From NCBI GenBank assembly GCA_965140785.1, contig OZ223497.1, forward strand, positions 96,001-160,000: a DNA stretch of 64,000 bases. Direction: 5' to 3'. A program made the translations under genes and the position numbers. The notes under the pieces are model-generated. The model was given only the letters and a program-made list of their open reading frames with translations. It ran no database searches and was not told where the DNA came from. This DNA comes from an uncultured Ruficoccus sp. (GTDB lineage: Bacteria; Verrucomicrobiota; Verrucomicrobiia; Opitutales; Cerasicoccaceae). Below are positions 60,045 to 64,000 of the stretch, piece by piece (the stretch's first letter is position 1; the number at the start of each line of letters is the position of its first letter).

Positions 60045-62690
60045 ATGATAAATAGACGCAGTTATCTCCTGAAAGCTTCCCTGTTCGCTTCATGCATGGT
60101 GGGCGCATTTGCCCAAAGCATGAACTACCCCATGAAGCATGTACGATACACGCCCGCCGACGCTGAGGAAGGCGGGGAGGTGCTGGCGATCAGCCAGCCG
60201 GTAACGAATGTCGCGACAGGGCGCTGGAACACGGTTATCGTTCGATCACCGGAGGACATCGCTTACCGACCGGAGCTGGTCCTCCGGGGCGAGGCGGAGG
60301 TGAGTGCGAATACGCGTCCGACTCACCTGGGCCTCCTGCTGGTCTGCGAGGGCGGGGAAGAGGGGTTCGCTCGGGTTCCAGTCGAGGCCGATGGGACCGT
60401 GACTTTCGAGGTGCCCGCGTCCGCATTCGTTCCTGGATCGAACTCGGCAAACGGCGCACCGCTTTCGTCTGCAAGTTCCATCGACGAGATCCGTATCTAC
60501 GCGAGTTTCTCTACTCCGGTGACATCCACCTTCACACTAAATTCTTTTACCATGAAGTACGATAACGATTGGAGTCCCCTCGAAGCGTCCAAGCGCAGGC
60601 ATGCGCACTTGTTGGAGGGGGATATGGAAATCCCGTCACTTTGGGCGGATGTGCATCCGCGTCTCTATGCCAGTGCTGCGGAGCTGGATGAGACCGCCGG
60701 GCGTTATCAGACGGACCCCGCCTTTTTCAGTGCGGTTTTACCGGCAGTTGACGGGCCGGAGATGACCGGGGAGGTCGTCCCCTTCGACGAAGGCGTGAGC
60801 GCACAGCGTAACGCCATCGCTTTGGCCAAGCTAGCTGTCGCCTATCGCGTGACCGGCGATGAGGCATATCTTGCGCGTATCCGTGAATGGATACCGACCA
60901 TGCAGAGCTACGAACCACCTGCCATGGGCTCGATCGGTGACTCCGTCGGGCTGACGGCGGGGCATATTCTCCTGGGGTGCTCCATTGCCTACGATGTCCT
61001 GGCCGGGCAGGGGGATCCTGAATTGGAGCAGGTATTGCTGGATGTGATTCTGAAGCAGGGTCAGCGGACGTTTGAGGATATCGTCTCTTTGCCGAGTTTT
61101 CCCTATGAGCAGAATCACTTGATCATTCCGGTGTGTGGCCTGTCTGTGGCCTCGATGACAGTGGCCGACAGCTATCCTGAGACGGAAGAGTGGGGTGTGC
61201 TGACTGGGAACATGATGGACCGTACGCTCGACGCCATTGCTCATGACGGCTGGTTCTTTGAGGGCATGTGGTACTGGAACTACACCATGCAGTTCCCCGT
61301 CGCCTATGCGGTGGCCAGGGAGCGGATATTGGGGGATTCTGTTCTCGACGCGCCGTGTTTTGAGAAAGCGCCCGCTTATCTCGCGCATATGACGCTCCCG
61401 GATGCGAGTTTTGTCTTCGACTTTGCCGACTGGGGGCCGCGAGTGGAACCGGATGGGGTCGGCTTTCAGAAGGGTTATGACTGGCCCTGGCATACGCTGC
61501 CTACCCGCGTGAAGAAATTTATCCCCTTGCTCTTATTGAAAGAAGCCCCGGACAACACGTTCCTGCGCGACTATATCGCCTGGACCTCTTCCGGTAAAGG
61601 GAGCATGACGGGGATTCATACCATCGACGCCGTTTTCGAGATGCTTTCGCCGTCGCCGGCTTACGGTGACAAGACACATATGGACCCGACGTATCCGGAT
61701 TATCCGCCCTACCATTATTTTCCGGACATGGAGGTCGTGCACTGGCGCAATAATTGGGAAGATGCCGCTGCGACCGCGCTGGCATTTAAGTCGGGTCCTC
61801 CGGCTGGCCATCACTTCGGCGAGCTGCTGGCGGAAAACCCGGATTGGAAGCCCAGCCTGGGGCATGCCCATCCCGATGCCGGTTCGTTCATTCTGTTCGG
61901 ACAGGGAGTTTTTCTCGCTAATGATGCCGGTTATACCGGAGCCAAGGAAACGGCCAACCACAACTCTATCCTTGTCGATGGTGTTGGGCAGCACAAGGGC
62001 GGGACACCCTGGCGGACATTCGAGGGCAAGCCTTACGCGGAGTATGACCAGATCCGCATGGAGAATGTCTGGATGGAGCCGAGAGTCGTCGCGGCGACCG
62101 CTGTGTACGAAGCGGCTTACGATGATGCCATGGAGCTTGAGCAGATGCGCCGTCATCTCATCCTGATCGACGGACGCTTTCTGGTTATTCTGGACGAGTT
62201 GTCCTCCGCCCTGCCGCACGAGTACGAGTGGCGCTGGCATTCCGACCAACCGGCGCAAGCCTATGAGGACGATCGCTACGTTATGACCAATGGGACGGGT
62301 CGGCTGGTCATTAAATCGCTGAACGAGGTCGCGCAGGCACAGGTGGCTCCGACTGTTGTTGAAACCAGCCTTTTCGACGCAAATCTGAGCCGACTCCAGC
62401 AGCGTGGGTATCACCTCTCGCTGACATCACCGAGGCAGCAGGATTTCGAGTTTTTGACCGTGGCCTGTATTCAAGCATCCTCGGAACAGCCGGAAGCCTT
62501 TCAGGTCCTCGAGCATACCGATCGAATGGTTAAGATGACCGACGGTGACAAGGTGTGCACGGTCTGGTTTGCGGGTGTGGAGGGACGGACTGATGCCTTT
62601 GCCTATCAGCTGTGCGATAGCACGGGGCAGGTGGAGGCTTCCGGCTCTTCGGGACAGATGGTTCCGGCTACGGGTTCGACTTCTGATTAG
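60045..62690 (+). CDS. Secreted heparinase II/III-like polysaccharide lyase
   Basis: Signal peptide; HPRL, QNH, DGWFFEGMWYWNY, DFAD, GHAHPDAGSF, NHNSILVDG. Confidence 0.82.
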   Translation: MINRRSYLLKASLFASCMVGAFAQSMNYPMKHVRYTPADAEEGGEVLAISQPVTNVATGRWNTVIVRSPEDIAYRPELVLRGEAEVSANTRPTHLGLLLVCEGGEEGFARVPVEADGTVTFEVPASAFVPGSNSANGAPLSSASSIDEIRIYASFSTPVTSTFTLNSFTMKYDNDWSPLEASKRRHAHLLEGDMEIPSLWADVHPRLYASAAELDETAGRYQTDPAFFSAVLPAVDGPEMTGEVVPFDEGVSAQRNAIALAKLAVAYRVTGDEAYLARIREWIPTMQSYEPPAMGSIGDSVGLTAGHILLGCSIAYDVLAGQGDPELEQVLLDVILKQGQRTFEDIVSLPSFPYEQNHLIIPVCGLSVASMTVADSYPETEEWGVLTGNMMDRTLDAIAHDGWFFEGMWYWNYTMQFPVAYAVARERILGDSVLDAPCFEKAPAYLAHMTLPDASFVFDFADWGPRVEPDGVGFQKGYDWPWHTLPTRVKKFIPLLLLKEAPDNTFLRDYIAWTSSGKGSMTGIHTIDAVFEMLSPSPAYGDKTHMDPTYPDYPPYHYFPDMEVVHWRNNWEDAAATALAFKSGPPAGHHFGELLAENPDWKPSLGHAHPDAGSFILFGQGVFLANDAGYTGAKETANHNSILVDGVGQHKGGTPWRTFEGKPYAEYDQIRMENVWMEPRVVAATAVYEAAYDDAMELEQMRRHLILIDGRFLVILDELSSALPHEYEWRWHSDQPAQAYEDDRYVMTNGTGRLVIKSLNEVAQAQVAPTVVETSLFDANLSRLQQRGYHLSLTSPRQQDFEFLTVACIQASSEQPEAFQVLEHTDRMVKMTDGDKVCTVWFAGVEGRTDAFAYQLCDSTGQVEASGSSGQMVPATGSTSD

Positions 62691-62887
62691 GCGTTGTTGG
62701 CACGGTCTGAGCCGTCGGTGAGAAATACCTAGGGCATTTATCCCGGGCCGTGATGCTTTGCTCCATTGGGTCTAACGCTAACGATCGACGGGGCAGGCCA
62801 TCCTCCCGGGCGGTGTTCTATCGCGCACAGCCTTGCATATTTGGCAGGAAGGGTTCGGGCCTTGTATAGTCGAGGCATGTGCGACTG

Positions 62888-62937
62888 GCACCGCTTCGGT
62901 GCGGCGAATCTCTTCGGTGCGGCGAAACTCTTCGGTG
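62888..62937. repeat. 18-bp tandem repeat (2.4 copies) with an overlapping hairpin
   Basis: CTTCGGTGCGGCGAA(T/A)CT x2 plus CTTCGGTG; GCACCG-CTT-CGGTGC. Confidence 0.8.
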
Positions 62938-63195
62938 ACGCCTATGCCTGCGCCCGAATGTGTACCGCTCTCCCTGGTGCATCGGGTATGCAAGGCCGTC
63001 CGAGAGCTTGCGGTGTGAGGCTATTCGTGTTGGAGGTAGTCTCGGCGATGATGCCTCACGGGCAAAGACTTTGAGGCGAATCCGACTGTAACTGGGACGG
63101 CAGGGCTGTAGGGGCTGGCTGAATGGCTTTTCTCTCTGCCCTGGGAGGTTAAGCTCTCCCTGGCATTCGTTATTAAGCCAGGTATGACCACGAGC

Positions 63196-64000
63196 TCAGG
63201 CAACTGCCGCTTGAGCGCGGAGGCCCTTCGCCTTATGGTACAAGAGGCCGCCGACAAACAGCATGAGCGCAGCGCAGAAGGCGATGGCAAGGCGACCCGC
63301 GAGAGGATTTGGAACGAGCAGGACGCTGCCAATGACGGCTCCATAGAGCAGGCACAGATAGCCGATCAGGCGAGCTTGCTGCTCGGTATTGTCGCCACCG
63401 ATTTCTTTCTCAAAATCCACCGGAGTTTTCAGCCGCCGGGTGAACTCATCCAACTGGGCCGTGTATGCCTGGTTGCTTGCACGCTTCCGGTAGAAGAACG
63501 TGGTGGCCAGAAAGTAGAAGCTGGTCAGGGGGATGGTTATGATGTTGGTAAAGGTGAACTTGTTGGAGACCAGATACGCGTAGGTGCTCTCGCTGATCCA
63601 TGGCGTCAGGACGGCTTTAGCGGTTTCTGTCGGCAGAACATCGTAGATGAGCACGGTCGTCAAAATACCGAAGATGACCGAGCTCCATCCTGACCAAGCC
63701 GGGGTGCGCCTGATCAGGATGCCCATGAAGAGCACGACAGTCAGTGGGGCCTGGACGTAGGCGTTGAGGTAGAGGTAGGCGTCAAACAGCGATACACGCC
63801 CGCGGCACACAAGGAGGATGGCCAGCAGCATCATGACGACACCGGAAAGCACGGTGCAGAATTGGCCGGCGCGGAGCAGTTCATGCTCACTTGCATTCGG
63901 CCTGAAAAGGGGTTGGTAGAAATTTTTCACCAAAAAGCCGGCGTTGATATTCAGGCCGGCATCCACGGACGAAAGCGTGGCGGCAAACAGTGCGGCGACC
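63196..64000 (-). CDS. Sodium:solute symporter, C-terminal part (runs off the window)
   Basis: FAATLSSVDAGLN, several TM helices. Confidence 0.82.
   Translation of the reverse strand, partial: VAALFAATLSSVDAGLNINAGFLVKNFYQPLFRPNASEHELLRAGQFCTVLSGVVMMLLAILLVCRGRVSLFDAYLYLNAYVQAPLTVVLFMGILIRRTPAWSGWSSVIFGILTTVLIYDVLPTETAKAVLTPWISESTYAYLVSNKFTFTNIITIPLTSFYFLATTFFYRKRASNQAYTAQLDEFTRRLKTPVDFEKEIGGDNTEQQARLIGYLCLLYGAVIGSVLLVPNPLAGRLAIAFCAALMLFVGGLLYHKAKGLRAQAAVA

Noticed and set aside
3812..62414. Long alternative ORFs (3812-4600, 29460-30218, 40011-40874, 53945-54928, 55613-56611, 61533-62414)
   Set aside because: Antisense shadows of well-supported genes, with no motifs
62888..62937. Mini CRISPR array
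   Set aside because: Contiguous 18-bp tandem without spacers

Overview
Accessory, carbohydrate-utilisation region with PVC-superphylum hallmarks (probably Verrucomicrobia/Opitutales; inferred from PEP-CTERM proteins, prepilin-like H-X9-DG proteins and many LacI regulators). It is a mosaic of sugar-catabolic modules: GH4/AraC; AroD-like/lactonase/SDR; GH99-like, BNR propeller, CBM9, sulfatase, GH43-like; FAD oxidoreductase/SSS; GH42-like/GH63-like/SSS; DHDPS-like/MmsA/Fe-ADH/heparinase-like/SSS. These are separated by mobile-element debris: an IS3 element and remnants, three copies of an rve/DDE element, a tyrosine-integrase fragment and a duplicated hypothetical gene. Main observations: (1) a family of 23-49 nt GNA-triloop mini-hairpin inserts seen only inside transposase genes of two different families, three of the loci splitting a Glu (GAA) codon in the same way, with empty-site alleles for two loci in this window; (2) recurring pilin-like + PEP-CTERM + CAZyme + SSS modules without SusC/D, one tied together by a repeated ACACGTGT palindrome; (3) seven single-base indels confined to 51.8-57.5 kb, probably sequencing errors. 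No rRNA, tRNA or CRISPR array was found. All family assignments come from reading motifs by eye, not from database searches.
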